A stretch of 59,507 nucleotides of DNA from a virus (taxonomy: Duplodnaviria > Caudoviricetes), in IMG/VR virus record IMGVR_UViG_3300025098_000043, positions 1 through 59,507 of that record; one strand, written 5' to 3'. This document shows, piece after piece, positions 9,507 through 16,942 of this stretch (position 1 is the stretch's first letter; every line of letters starts with the position of its first letter). The position numbers were made by a program, and so were the translations under genes. The notes under the pieces were generated by a model. That model ran no database searches, was not told the DNA's origin, and was given only the letters and a program-made list of their open reading frames with translations.

Positions 9507-10052
9507 ATGAAAAAGAATACAACCGCAAATGACCTAATCGCTGCCATCGACCTTATGTTTGATAGCATAGACCAAGCATCCCTTACCCTATTCAATCGAT
9601 GGGAAACCCTCACAGCTGAAGGGGAAGACAATGCTGCTAGTTTGGCAATCTTTGAAGCACTAGTGGCCACTAGTAAGCGAAGCACGAATGCTTGCCCTTA
9701 CTTCACTGAGATTGCAAATATGTGCTATCTCGCTGGATGGGAATGGTCAGACTTCAATGCCGATATGCTAGGAGCATACAAGCTCTACCTTGATTGGAAG
9801 GGTGAGAAGATTTCCGCCAAGAAACTCAACAGCCGTGCTGGTGGATGTTGGGGAAGGTTCAAGAAAGATCCTGAGCTTTGGGGCGAGTATGTCGAACCGA
9901 AAGAAAAGAAGGCTGAAGATGAACTGGCTAACATCCTGAAAACCCTCCGCCGCGTAAAAGCGAAGCTGGAAGAGATGGGGCCGGATGATGAGGCATCTGC
10001 TAAGGTCCAGTCATCATTGAACGACATTCAATCCCTGATCACAATTGGATAA
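9507..10052 (+). CDS. Hypothetical early protein (181 aa)
   Basis: ATG 9507 follows an A/C-rich leader (aaacaataaaaccaataca); first gene of the plus-strand early block. Confidence 0.7.
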   Translation: MKKNTTANDLIAAIDLMFDSIDQASLTLFNRWETLTAEGEDNAASLAIFEALVATSKRSTNACPYFTEIANMCYLAGWEWSDFNADMLGAYKLYLDWKGEKISAKKLNSRAGGCWGRFKKDPELWGEYVEPKEKKAEDELANILKTLRRVKAKLEEMGPDDEASAKVQSSLNDIQSLITIG

Positions 10053-10085
10053 ATACTAGTGACCACTAGTAACCCAACTAAAACC

Positions 10086-10277
10086 ATGATAGCAGATACA
10101 AAAGAGAAGATCGAAATGATGAGACTCCTGACCATTAGATCAGGATTGAAGTTAGAGTTGCTCGGAATGAGGCATTCAAGAAATGCCACATTCAAAGCTG
10201 CGAAGCAAATCACTGGAAAGAAAACGCGTCGGGAAGCTCTCGCAGCGTTGGAAGATATCATAAGATCTAAGCAATGA
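10086..10277 (+). CDS. Small basic hypothetical protein (63 aa)
   Basis: ATG 10086 follows the palindrome and an AC-rich leader. Confidence 0.65.
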   Translation: MIADTKEKIEMMRLLTIRSGLKLELLGMRHSRNATFKAAKQITGKKTRREALAALEDIIRSKQ

Positions 10278-10393
10278 AATGTCAGCCCCCGAAAGGGGGC
10301 GCATTCCCTTCTGCTTACCATACTGGTAGGTAGAATGGAGTGAAGATGCTCCGACTACTAGTGTCCACTAGTAAACCAAAACCAAAACTGAAT

Positions 10394-10666
10394 ATGAATA
10401 ATGTAACATCCGTGGACTTTGAGTCCCTTAGCCGTCGCAATGCAGTGTTAACCTACTGGGGGTTCTCTGAACTCTGCACCATGAAGAAACTATCTCCTGA
10501 TTTTAGTGTCCTAGCTGATGGAGTTAACAGCCGATCTGCCGAAACGCATTGGTATAACTTATCGTCGCTCACTAATGTGAGTGTCCGAGAATTAAAAGAG
10601 ATGGCAGATATTATCGTGCCGAAACAAGAACCTCGTTGGGTTAAAGACTACCTCAGCAAGCACTAG
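10394..10666 (+). CDS. Hypothetical protein (90 aa)
   Basis: ATG 10394 follows the palindrome and leader; its TAG stop lies inside the next palindrome. Confidence 0.65.
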   Translation: MNNVTSVDFESLSRRNAVLTYWGFSELCTMKKLSPDFSVLADGVNSRSAETHWYNLSSLTNVSVRELKEMADIIVPKQEPRWVKDYLSKH

Positions 10667-10691
10667 TGTCCACTAGTAAACCAAATAGACT

Positions 10692-10850
10692 ATGAACGAA
10701 ATAGCAAAAACAATTGGCGAGTCCCTTCAAGGAATGAAGGGGCCGGAAGTAATGCTAGTAATCGCTAGCGTATTATCGATGCCTGTCTTCCTTTACATCC
10801 TTGTGATGGAGGCAGTCAATGAAGTAAAGAAACGTAGAAATAGAAAATAG
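10692..10850 (+). CDS. Small membrane protein (52 aa, not in ORF track)
   Basis: Manual translation MNEIAKTIGESLQGMKGPEVMLVIASVLSMPVFLYILVMEAVNEVKKRRNRK: one hydrophobic stretch and a basic tail; fills the gap exactly. Confidence 0.6.
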   Translation: MNEIAKTIGESLQGMKGPEVMLVIASVLSMPVFLYILVMEAVNEVKKRRNRK

Positions 10851-10851
10851 A

Positions 10852-11106
10852 ATGACTAAAGAAAACCTGACGGAGGTCTTCCCTAAGACCTTCAGAATAA
10901 CTAAATGCGAGAGTGGCAGAGCAGATTGCTACTTTGAATACTCGGATAATAACAAAAAGCATTGGTTTACCATATGTTTGCATGGAGCGATTACGCTGCA
11001 TGGGCATTTCACAGAGTTAGGATATGCAGAGTTAGAGCCAAAAGTTAAATTCCCAAGTTGGCATATCGACAGAAGAGAAAGCTTAAAGAATACTAGTGAC
11101 CACTAG
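10852..11106 (+). CDS. Hypothetical protein (84 aa)
   Basis: Starts 1 nt after the upstream stop; its stop lies inside the palindrome at 11092. Confidence 0.6.
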   Translation: MTKENLTEVFPKTFRITKCESGRADCYFEYSDNNKKHWFTICLHGAITLHGHFTELGYAELEPKVKFPSWHIDRRESLKNTSDH

Positions 11107-11129
11107 TAAAACCAAAACCAAATACAACA

Positions 11130-11819
11130 ATGCAAACAAATAACGACAACACAATACCGCCATTCAGCTTCCTCCGTCCAAACCCCGTCAAGGGGTATGG
11201 AGAATTCAATGGCTACGTGTCCCTACCTATAGGCCATCCGTGGTATGGTAAGACATATCCTAAACTTCAAATGGTTGATATCCATTATGGATTAACCTAC
11301 TCCGAAGAGGAGGATGGTAGGTGGGTCATCGGATTCGATACGTATCATGCTAGTGACGATCAAGACTGGAACAGGGAGAAGGTCCGTAAGGAAGCGAATC
11401 GATTACTGGAACAAGCCGAAGATGAAGAGCGTTGGGAGCGGGAGCAGGAGGAGGAACGCCGTATCGAGCTAGAGTGCCACGAGAAACGGGAGGAAGGTAG
11501 TCATTGGTATCAACCTTACACCGAAGCAGTCCCTCTGGACTTATGGGAACTCTTTCGTGCCATAACGTATGAAATATATGGCAAGATAAATCATGAGCTA
11601 CTCATGAAGACGGTATCCCATCACTCCACAAGGTCCAATAAGCTAGACGCCTATCGTATATACCCTGAGAGAGGTGACGGAGTATTGACTGCGGGAAGTA
11701 GCTTCAAGCTGATCGTAGGTATCCGTTACGGAATGGGTGTTGGTGATTACGACTCACCTTTCGTTACTAATGAAACGGCTGCTTTATTTAACCTAGACCC
11801 CCTCAACCGAGACAACTAG
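11130..11819 (+). CDS. Hypothetical phage protein (229 aa)
   Basis: N-terminal NGYV.LP.GHPWYG...VDIHYGLTYS...W.IGFDT.H pattern resembles a recurrent phage domain of unknown function; bounded by palindromes. Confidence 0.7.
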   Translation: MQTNNDNTIPPFSFLRPNPVKGYGEFNGYVSLPIGHPWYGKTYPKLQMVDIHYGLTYSEEEDGRWVIGFDTYHASDDQDWNREKVRKEANRLLEQAEDEERWEREQEEERRIELECHEKREEGSHWYQPYTEAVPLDLWELFRAITYEIYGKINHELLMKTVSHHSTRSNKLDAYRIYPERGDGVLTAGSSFKLIVGIRYGMGVGDYDSPFVTNETAALFNLDPLNRDN

Positions 11820-11852
11820 TGACCACTAGTAAACCAATAAACAATAAACAAT

Positions 11853-12167
11853 ATGAAAGTAAGCAAAGAAATCCAAGACCACGTAGCCAAGCGAGCGGCT
11901 GGACACGAAGCCAAAAGAGCTAAGAATCCAGACTCCCTCTGGTTTGTTCCTGTGAAGTATACAGATCCAGAGGCTCTCGCTGAATGGTGTGACCACTACG
12001 GTCTTGAGACCGTCGAGCAATATGAGCAAGCGTCAGAATGGGAAGCCTATTATGACATCTACAAAGATGTCAACGGAATCCGCCCACGCTGGACCAAGTG
12101 GACAGACCACTCATCGGATGAGTGGGTCGAGATCAACCAGTCACTACTGGATCAGATATGCGACTAG
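11853..12167 (+). CDS. Hypothetical phage protein (104 aa)
   Basis: Contains YYDIYKDVNGIRPRW; bounded by palindromes. Confidence 0.7.
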   Translation: MKVSKEIQDHVAKRAAGHEAKRAKNPDSLWFVPVKYTDPEALAEWCDHYGLETVEQYEQASEWEAYYDIYKDVNGIRPRWTKWTDHSSDEWVEINQSLLDQICD

Positions 12168-12197
12168 TGGACACTAGTAAACCAATAACACTGAACT

Positions 12198-12359
12198 ATG
12201 AAAATAAGAATAAACAAACAACGCAATGCCGACCTCATGCTGTTGGCGGTGGTCATGATCGCCGATAGCTTGGTAACATTATTAACTCTAGCAATCATTA
12301 ACCCAACGTGGAGGGCAGACCTTATGTTTTCCGACTGGTGGGAAAACCGCAACGACTAA
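12198..12359 (+). CDS. Small hydrophobic protein (53 aa, not in ORF track)
   Basis: Manual translation MKIRINKQRNADLMLLAVVMIADSLVTLLTLAIINPTWRADLMFSDWWENRND; follows the palindrome and leader. Confidence 0.55.
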   Translation: MKIRINKQRNADLMLLAVVMIADSLVTLLTLAIINPTWRADLMFSDWWENRND

Positions 12360-12391
12360 CCAATAACCAATAACCAATAACCAATAACCAA
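12357..12391 (+). repeat. (TAACCAA)5 tandem repeat in a translation leader
   Basis: Five exact 7-mers just upstream of ATG 12400. Confidence 0.9.
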
Positions 12392-12399
12392 TAAGAAAA

Positions 12400-13155
12400 A
12401 TGAAACTACTAAACGCTGGAAACAATAAGACAATCAAGGGAGAAGCAATCGGATACCGCACTTACGGTATTCACCTAGCCCCTAGCAAGATATCAGGATA
12501 CAACACCTGCCCTTATGCATCGAAGGGATGTGCCTTAGCCTGCCTCAATACAGCAGGCCGAGGCATCATGAAGACAGTGCAGCAAGCACGCATCGACAAG
12601 ACCAAGATGTTCTTTGAAGATCGTGAAGCCTTCATGGAACAGCTGATCAAGGAGATCAGGTCCAGTATCAAGTCAGCTAAGAGAGCCGGACTCAAGCCAT
12701 GCTTCCGACTCAACCTGACATCGGACATCTCATGGGAGAAGCTCACTGTGGTAGGTGAGAAGACCAGCCTCTTCGACAAGAGGGACCAGACAATCTTCGA
12801 TCTCTTCCCTGATGTGACCTTCTATGACTACACCAAGTCAATGTCTAGGGCTAAGGCATCCCATCGATTGAAGGGTGGCTGCTGGCCTAGCAACTACCAC
12901 CTCACCTACTCACGGTCTGAAGTTACCAATGACGACTGGATCAAGAAGCTGGCCCACATGGGAGTGAACACGGCAGTCGTGTTCCGTGGTCAGCTACCTG
13001 AGAAATACTTAGGACTTGATGTGGTGAGTGGTGACGAGACAGACCTTAGGTTCCTCGACAAGAAGGGTGTGGTCGTGGGCCTTACTGAGAAGGGGCTGGC
13101 CAAGAAGGATGAGACAGGCTTCGTCGTGGAGCCTGCACTTACTAGTGTCCACTAG
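12400..13155 (+). CDS. Gp88-like protein with a Cys motif (possible Fe-S / radical-SAM-like fold)
   Basis: NTCPYASKGCALACL, RLNLTSDI, FYDYTK, NYHLTYS and GDETDLRFLD motifs characteristic of this phage family. Confidence 0.65.
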   Translation: MKLLNAGNNKTIKGEAIGYRTYGIHLAPSKISGYNTCPYASKGCALACLNTAGRGIMKTVQQARIDKTKMFFEDREAFMEQLIKEIRSSIKSAKRAGLKPCFRLNLTSDISWEKLTVVGEKTSLFDKRDQTIFDLFPDVTFYDYTKSMSRAKASHRLKGGCWPSNYHLTYSRSEVTNDDWIKKLAHMGVNTAVVFRGQLPEKYLGLDVVSGDETDLRFLDKKGVVVGLTEKGLAKKDETGFVVEPALTSVH

Positions 13156-13262
13156 TAGAAACCCATACCCACACAGCATCTATGTCTCGACAGGCATAGA
13201 CGTTGTAGGGTGTGCGTTGTTTCACGTTGAAACTGACGACCCAAACCAAGCAATAAGAAATA

Positions 13263-13643
13263 ATGAAAGCAATAAAGAAGGCAATCGCCAACACGAAGAA
13301 GACAGTAGCAACTAAGATCCGTAACGTAGCGATCTGGTTGTTTAAAGATGAACTCAAGAACATCGTCTTATCAGATGGTGTGCTTGATTACGAAAACCTA
13401 GCCCTGTTCATAGATGAGAAATACATCGCCGAGCATATCAGGGATGCCGATGTGGCGAAGCACGTCGAAGTAGATCCTGATGATGTAGCTTACGCTATGG
13501 ACGTTGATGATGTGGCATCACACATAGACATGGATAGCATAGCCCACGATATGGAATACAACGTCAAGCAGGAGTTGGGTGAGTCTCTTGAAGAGATGCT
13601 GGAAGACAAACTCAAGAATGCCACGTTCAAGATGTCGATATAA
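13263..13643 (+). CDS. Acidic hypothetical protein (126 aa)
   Basis: Imperfect ~9-aa D..D(V/I)A.H(I/V) repeats; its stop overlaps copy 2 of the 74-bp element. Confidence 0.7.
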   Translation: MKAIKKAIANTKKTVATKIRNVAIWLFKDELKNIVLSDGVLDYENLALFIDEKYIAEHIRDADVAKHVEVDPDDVAYAMDVDDVASHIDMDSIAHDMEYNVKQELGESLEEMLEDKLKNATFKMSI

Positions 13644-13715
13644 AAACTTTTTCTCCAGACCGTTAGTTCTATAATATATATATTATAGAACTAAGGGTAA
13701 GAGAGAATAGTTTTT
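13642..13715. repeat. 74-bp nested palindrome, copy 2 (inverted relative to copies 1 and 3)
   Basis: Identical 32-bp core at 13663-13694; spacers TCTCCAGACCG and GGGTAAGAGAG approximate the reverse complements of the copy-1 spacers. Confidence 0.95.
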
Positions 13716-13797
13716 TACCCCGCACCCCGAATCATTTACCTTGAATCTGGTATCCGAATCGGCTGTAAGCTAGTATCTACGGGGAAAGAAAATAAAT

Positions 13798-13825
13798 TTG
13801 ACACAAGATATCATCAACCTATTAT
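13798..13825 (+). promoter_or_regulatory. Sigma70-type promoter
   Basis: TTGACA-N16-TATTAT with an A-rich UP-like region, upstream of ATG 13897. Confidence 0.65.
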
Positions 13826-13896
13826 CAATGAATCCAGCTGAGAGAATGGTCTCAGCACCAACTAAAACCAAAACCAAATAGAAAGAACCAAATACA

Positions 13897-14949
13897 ATGG
13901 AAACAAATACAACAGTAGAAGCCATCAATGAACTCGACACCGTCCTCGTTCCGCAAGGAAGTGAATACAAAATGTATCACGGACTTGAGGTAGAGTCGGA
14001 GGGTGAGTTCATAACTCCTCGTGATGCCAAGCGTCACGGTGTGTTCCACCCGATAGAGAAGGCCCGTGTCCACGCTACGTTGGACGGTCTGACAATCCCG
14101 TTGCCTAAGCAGCGCGCTCTCATAGCGAGGACGCCGGACGATAGGCGCATCCCGTTGCACATGGCAACGGATAAGTATTCAGTCATCCTCAACGAGGTGA
14201 TTGCTAAGGCAGTCAGCAAAGCGTTGAGGAAGACTGACTGTGACTCCACGTTGTCGTCGATGGGAACCCTCAACAACCTGAAGATGTTCTTCATGAGTTA
14301 CAAGATGGGTGAGTATGATGTGAATGGTGACAAGCATAACACCTACCTGAACGTGACGAGTGGTCACAACGGGGAAGCTCTTCGGGTCTTCCTGTCTGGC
14401 CTCCGTCTTGTGTGTAAGAACTCAATCATGCAGGCTCTCTCCAATGAGAAGGGCTTCATTAATCTGAAGGTCACCCATCGTGGGGACGTGGATGTGAAGT
14501 GTGCTGACCTCTCGAAGAGTATCGCTGGTCTGATTGAAGGACAGCGTAAGCATATCGAAGCGATGGAGATCCTCGCTGCACAGAAGGTGGCCAAGCAGGA
14601 CGTTGTTGCCATCGTGGCAGGTTACTTCTTGAAGGATGCCATGAAGACTGAGAAGTTCTCAGCCCGCACCATGAACACCGTATCCGGTATCACGGATCTC
14701 GCATTCGATGGTAGGGGGAACCGTGGTGAGACATGGTATGATGTCTTGAATGGGGCCACTGAGTATTGGACTAGTGGTGAAGGTGTTGGGGTCCGCACGT
14801 CGAATGCTAGCAAGGCATACTCAAGTGAGTATGGCACTGCTGCCAAGCACAAGACACGGTTCGCTGACTACCTGTTGTCTGCTGATGAGTCCTCTATTGA
14901 GGCTGGCCGTCGTGTCCTTGTTGAATCCCTTAATGCTAAGTTGGTATGA
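13897..14949 (+). CDS. DUF932/DUF945-family phage/plasmid protein
   Basis: Y.V..N, SGHNG, RLVCKNS, THRG and T.YD.LNG.TEY motifs typical of this family. Confidence 0.75.
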   Translation: METNTTVEAINELDTVLVPQGSEYKMYHGLEVESEGEFITPRDAKRHGVFHPIEKARVHATLDGLTIPLPKQRALIARTPDDRRIPLHMATDKYSVILNEVIAKAVSKALRKTDCDSTLSSMGTLNNLKMFFMSYKMGEYDVNGDKHNTYLNVTSGHNGEALRVFLSGLRLVCKNSIMQALSNEKGFINLKVTHRGDVDVKCADLSKSIAGLIEGQRKHIEAMEILAAQKVAKQDVVAIVAGYFLKDAMKTEKFSARTMNTVSGITDLAFDGRGNRGETWYDVLNGATEYWTSGEGVGVRTSNASKAYSSEYGTAAKHKTRFADYLLSADESSIEAGRRVLVESLNAKLV

Positions 14950-15266
14950 TTGTAAACGGTCAAATTAAATGCACCCAGTATCGTGTATCTCAGATCAAGA
15001 AGCTGTCCGAGAAGGACAAGCGTCTTGTGTTGAAGGCATTCAACTCGTTGATCGCCGCGAACAAAGAGCGTGTGTCTTACACTGAGTTCCACCGCAAGCT
15101 CAAGCCTGCTGTGAAGATAGCCTCGACTGTCGTGCAGAGGGGGACACCACAAGCGAACATCTTCTCATGGATTGGTAAGCTTGTAGAGGATGAGCATGAT
15201 GAAGTGAAGGACTGGTTCTTCGTGTGTCATGGACCACCAGAGAACCCGTTCAACCTCAGTCACTAG
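14946..15266 (+). CDS. Hypothetical protein (106 aa)
   Basis: ATGA overlap with the upstream gene. Confidence 0.6.
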   Translation: MIVNGQIKCTQYRVSQIKKLSEKDKRLVLKAFNSLIAANKERVSYTEFHRKLKPAVKIASTVVQRGTPQANIFSWIGKLVEDEHDEVKDWFFVCHGPPENPFNLSH

Positions 15267-15268
15267 CC

Positions 15269-15308
15269 CCGCCATGGGCTATGGTCTTCGGGCCATAGCC
15301 TTAGGCGG
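15269..15308 (+). other. Stable cUUCGg hairpin (terminator or processing/stability element)
   Basis: GGCTATGGTC-TTCG-GGCCATAGCC with outer CCGCC/GGCGG pairing; intergenic; no clear U-tract. Confidence 0.65.
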
Positions 15309-15344
15309 TGTTGGAATGAACTAACACCTAGTAGAAATAAACCA

Positions 15345-15626
15345 ATGAAAGAAACTGATATGACAAATGATAATGCAGGCGTGCCTGTAATCCACATGAA
15401 CGGCTCGTCTAAGAATAGCCTCGTGAAAGAGTGGGTCGCCTTTAACAGTGCGTTAGAGGAAGCCTGTAACAAGTTCCCATTTGAGAGCTTCCACCCTCGT
15501 AACCATTACGTGAAGGAAGGAGACGGTGAGGGAGAAGCAGAGGCATACAAGGCTGAGATGTGTGAGCATCTCCACGCTTTGAAGCGGTGTGTCCAAGAAA
15601 ACGTGGCGGGAATTTGCAAACAATAG
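15345..15626 (+). CDS. Hypothetical protein (93 aa)
   Basis: ATG follows an aaataaacca leader. Confidence 0.65.
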   Translation: MKETDMTNDNAGVPVIHMNGSSKNSLVKEWVAFNSALEEACNKFPFESFHPRNHYVKEGDGEGEAEAYKAEMCEHLHALKRCVQENVAGICKQ

Positions 15627-15630
15627 ACCG

Positions 15631-15933
15631 ATGAAAGCAGACGAGAAAAGAATACTGGCCCTCGCAGAGGGGACACAATCGGATGACGTAAGGGAGAGTG
15701 ACATCCCCCTCGTTCGGGCAGGACTACTGAGCCTGACTAGTTGTTACGTTGAAGACGGCGGACTAAAACGTAACTGGATGTGGGTGGACCCCCACCCTGA
15801 TGCGCTCCGCTATATGAACAAGCACAAGCGACTGACTCCTGCCCACCGTAGGACGTTACGTGCTACCGTTAAAGGTAAGATCCGCCAGTGTGATGTGGAC
15901 TACGCCCGTCAATGTATTGAACCAAAGTATTAG
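15631..15933 (+). CDS. Hypothetical protein (100 aa)
   Basis: ATG 15631 lies 4 nt after the upstream stop. Confidence 0.55.
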   Translation: MKADEKRILALAEGTQSDDVRESDIPLVRAGLLSLTSCYVEDGGLKRNWMWVDPHPDALRYMNKHKRLTPAHRRTLRATVKGKIRQCDVDYARQCIEPKY

Positions 15934-15934
15934 T

Positions 15935-16324
15935 ATGGAACAGGAGACCAGTATGAAACTATGCTCCGGCTGTAAGCAGGAGCTGCTTGAGAGCGACTTC
16001 AACATGGACGCTTGCAAGCCAGACGGATTGCAGACGCAGTGCCGAGACTGTAAGCGTGCCGCCCAACGTAGAGACTACAAAAAAAAGAAAGGCATCTACG
16101 CTGACAGGATGCGAGAAACAAGGAAGACTAAACCTGAGCAGAAGAAAGCGCATGAAGCTGTCCGCCGTGCTATAAGGAAGGGAGTTCTTGTGAGACCTAA
16201 AGCTTGCACCAAGTGTGGGGGATCACACATGCGAATCGAAGCACACCACCACAAAGGTTATGCCGAAGAGAACCGCTTGGACGTTATCTTTTTATGCACC
16301 TCCTGCCACCGAGCAAGCGAGTAA
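15935..16324 (+). CDS. Zinc-binding HNH endonuclease-like protein
   Basis: CSGC...CRDC, then CTKC...IEAHHHKGY...LCTSCH. Confidence 0.75.
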   Translation: MEQETSMKLCSGCKQELLESDFNMDACKPDGLQTQCRDCKRAAQRRDYKKKKGIYADRMRETRKTKPEQKKAHEAVRRAIRKGVLVRPKACTKCGGSHMRIEAHHHKGYAEENRLDVIFLCTSCHRASE

Positions 16325-16385
16325 ACATTTAACCAAAGAACAAATAAACCAATGACAATCAAACAATACGTAGACTCACAGTAAC

Positions 16386-16529
16386 ATGGACTACCTACAA
16401 ATAATCGGTATCATATTGTTGATGCCCTTAACCGTTGTGATCCTCTACTTGAATGCGATCAAGACTGAAGACCGCCGCTTCCGTAAGATGAAAGAACGTG
16501 CAGATAAGAAAGCTAAACTAAACAGATGA
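16386..16529 (+). CDS. Small membrane protein (47 aa, not in ORF track)
   Basis: MDYLQIIGIILLMPLTVVILYLNAIKTEDRRFRKMKERADKKAKLNR; ATGA overlap with the next gene. Confidence 0.6.
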   Translation: MDYLQIIGIILLMPLTVVILYLNAIKTEDRRFRKMKERADKKAKLNR

Positions 16530-16942
16530 GCGAGAAGAAATATTCCAAAAAGTATCTTGATGCCCTCTTCGAGACTAAGATCAAGAGGCTCAAAGGTCAG
16601 CCGACTTACGTTCGTGATCACGTTAGGGCCATCCTAAGTGAGACAGCGAAAGAGTATAACCTGACGCACCCCATTGAGTTGTTTACTAACTCTAGGGACA
16701 TGATGTATGTTGCGCCTCGGCGGATCTCAGTCGCCTTAGTGAGAGATAAGCTGGGCTTTTCTTATACTACTCTGAGTAATCTAATCGGATACAAGAACCA
16801 CACGGCTGTGATACACGCCGTTAAAATAGTGCAAGAGGAAATACAGAACAGCCCCGCCTTGTGCAGGACTGTTCGTAATATCCTTGACCGTGTCGATAAG
16901 ATACAGGCTGAGGCTGAAGAGGATCAGTCGTCTAGTCTGTGA
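16526..16942 (+). CDS. Stand-alone DnaA C-terminal (domain IV) HTH protein
   Basis: SR....V.PR.I...L.R...G.SY..L...IG.KNHTAVIHA matches the DnaA RDHTTV.HA signature; no AAA+ domain. Confidence 0.75.
   Translation: MSEKKYSKKYLDALFETKIKRLKGQPTYVRDHVRAILSETAKEYNLTHPIELFTNSRDMMYVAPRRISVALVRDKLGFSYTTLSNLIGYKNHTAVIHAVKIVQEEIQNSPALCRTVRNILDRVDKIQAEAEEDQSSSL

Larger units (their letters stand above)
9659..13156. repeat. Dispersed array of eight 16-bp inverted repeats ACTAGTG-NN-CACTAGT
   Basis: Copies at 9659, 10055, 10357, 10662, 11092, 11815, 12163 and 13141, with central dinucleotides GC, AC, TC, TC, AC, AC, GA and TC. Confidence 0.95.

Noticed and set aside
9659-13156. CRISPR array interpretation of the 16-bp repeats
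   Set aside because: The repeats are too short, the spacing is irregular (about 300-1000 bp) and the intervals are protein-coding genes. There is no cas operon.
16352-16384. Mini-ORF MTIKQYVDSQ after an AC-rich leader
   Set aside because: At 10 codons it is too short to support; it may be a gene remnant.
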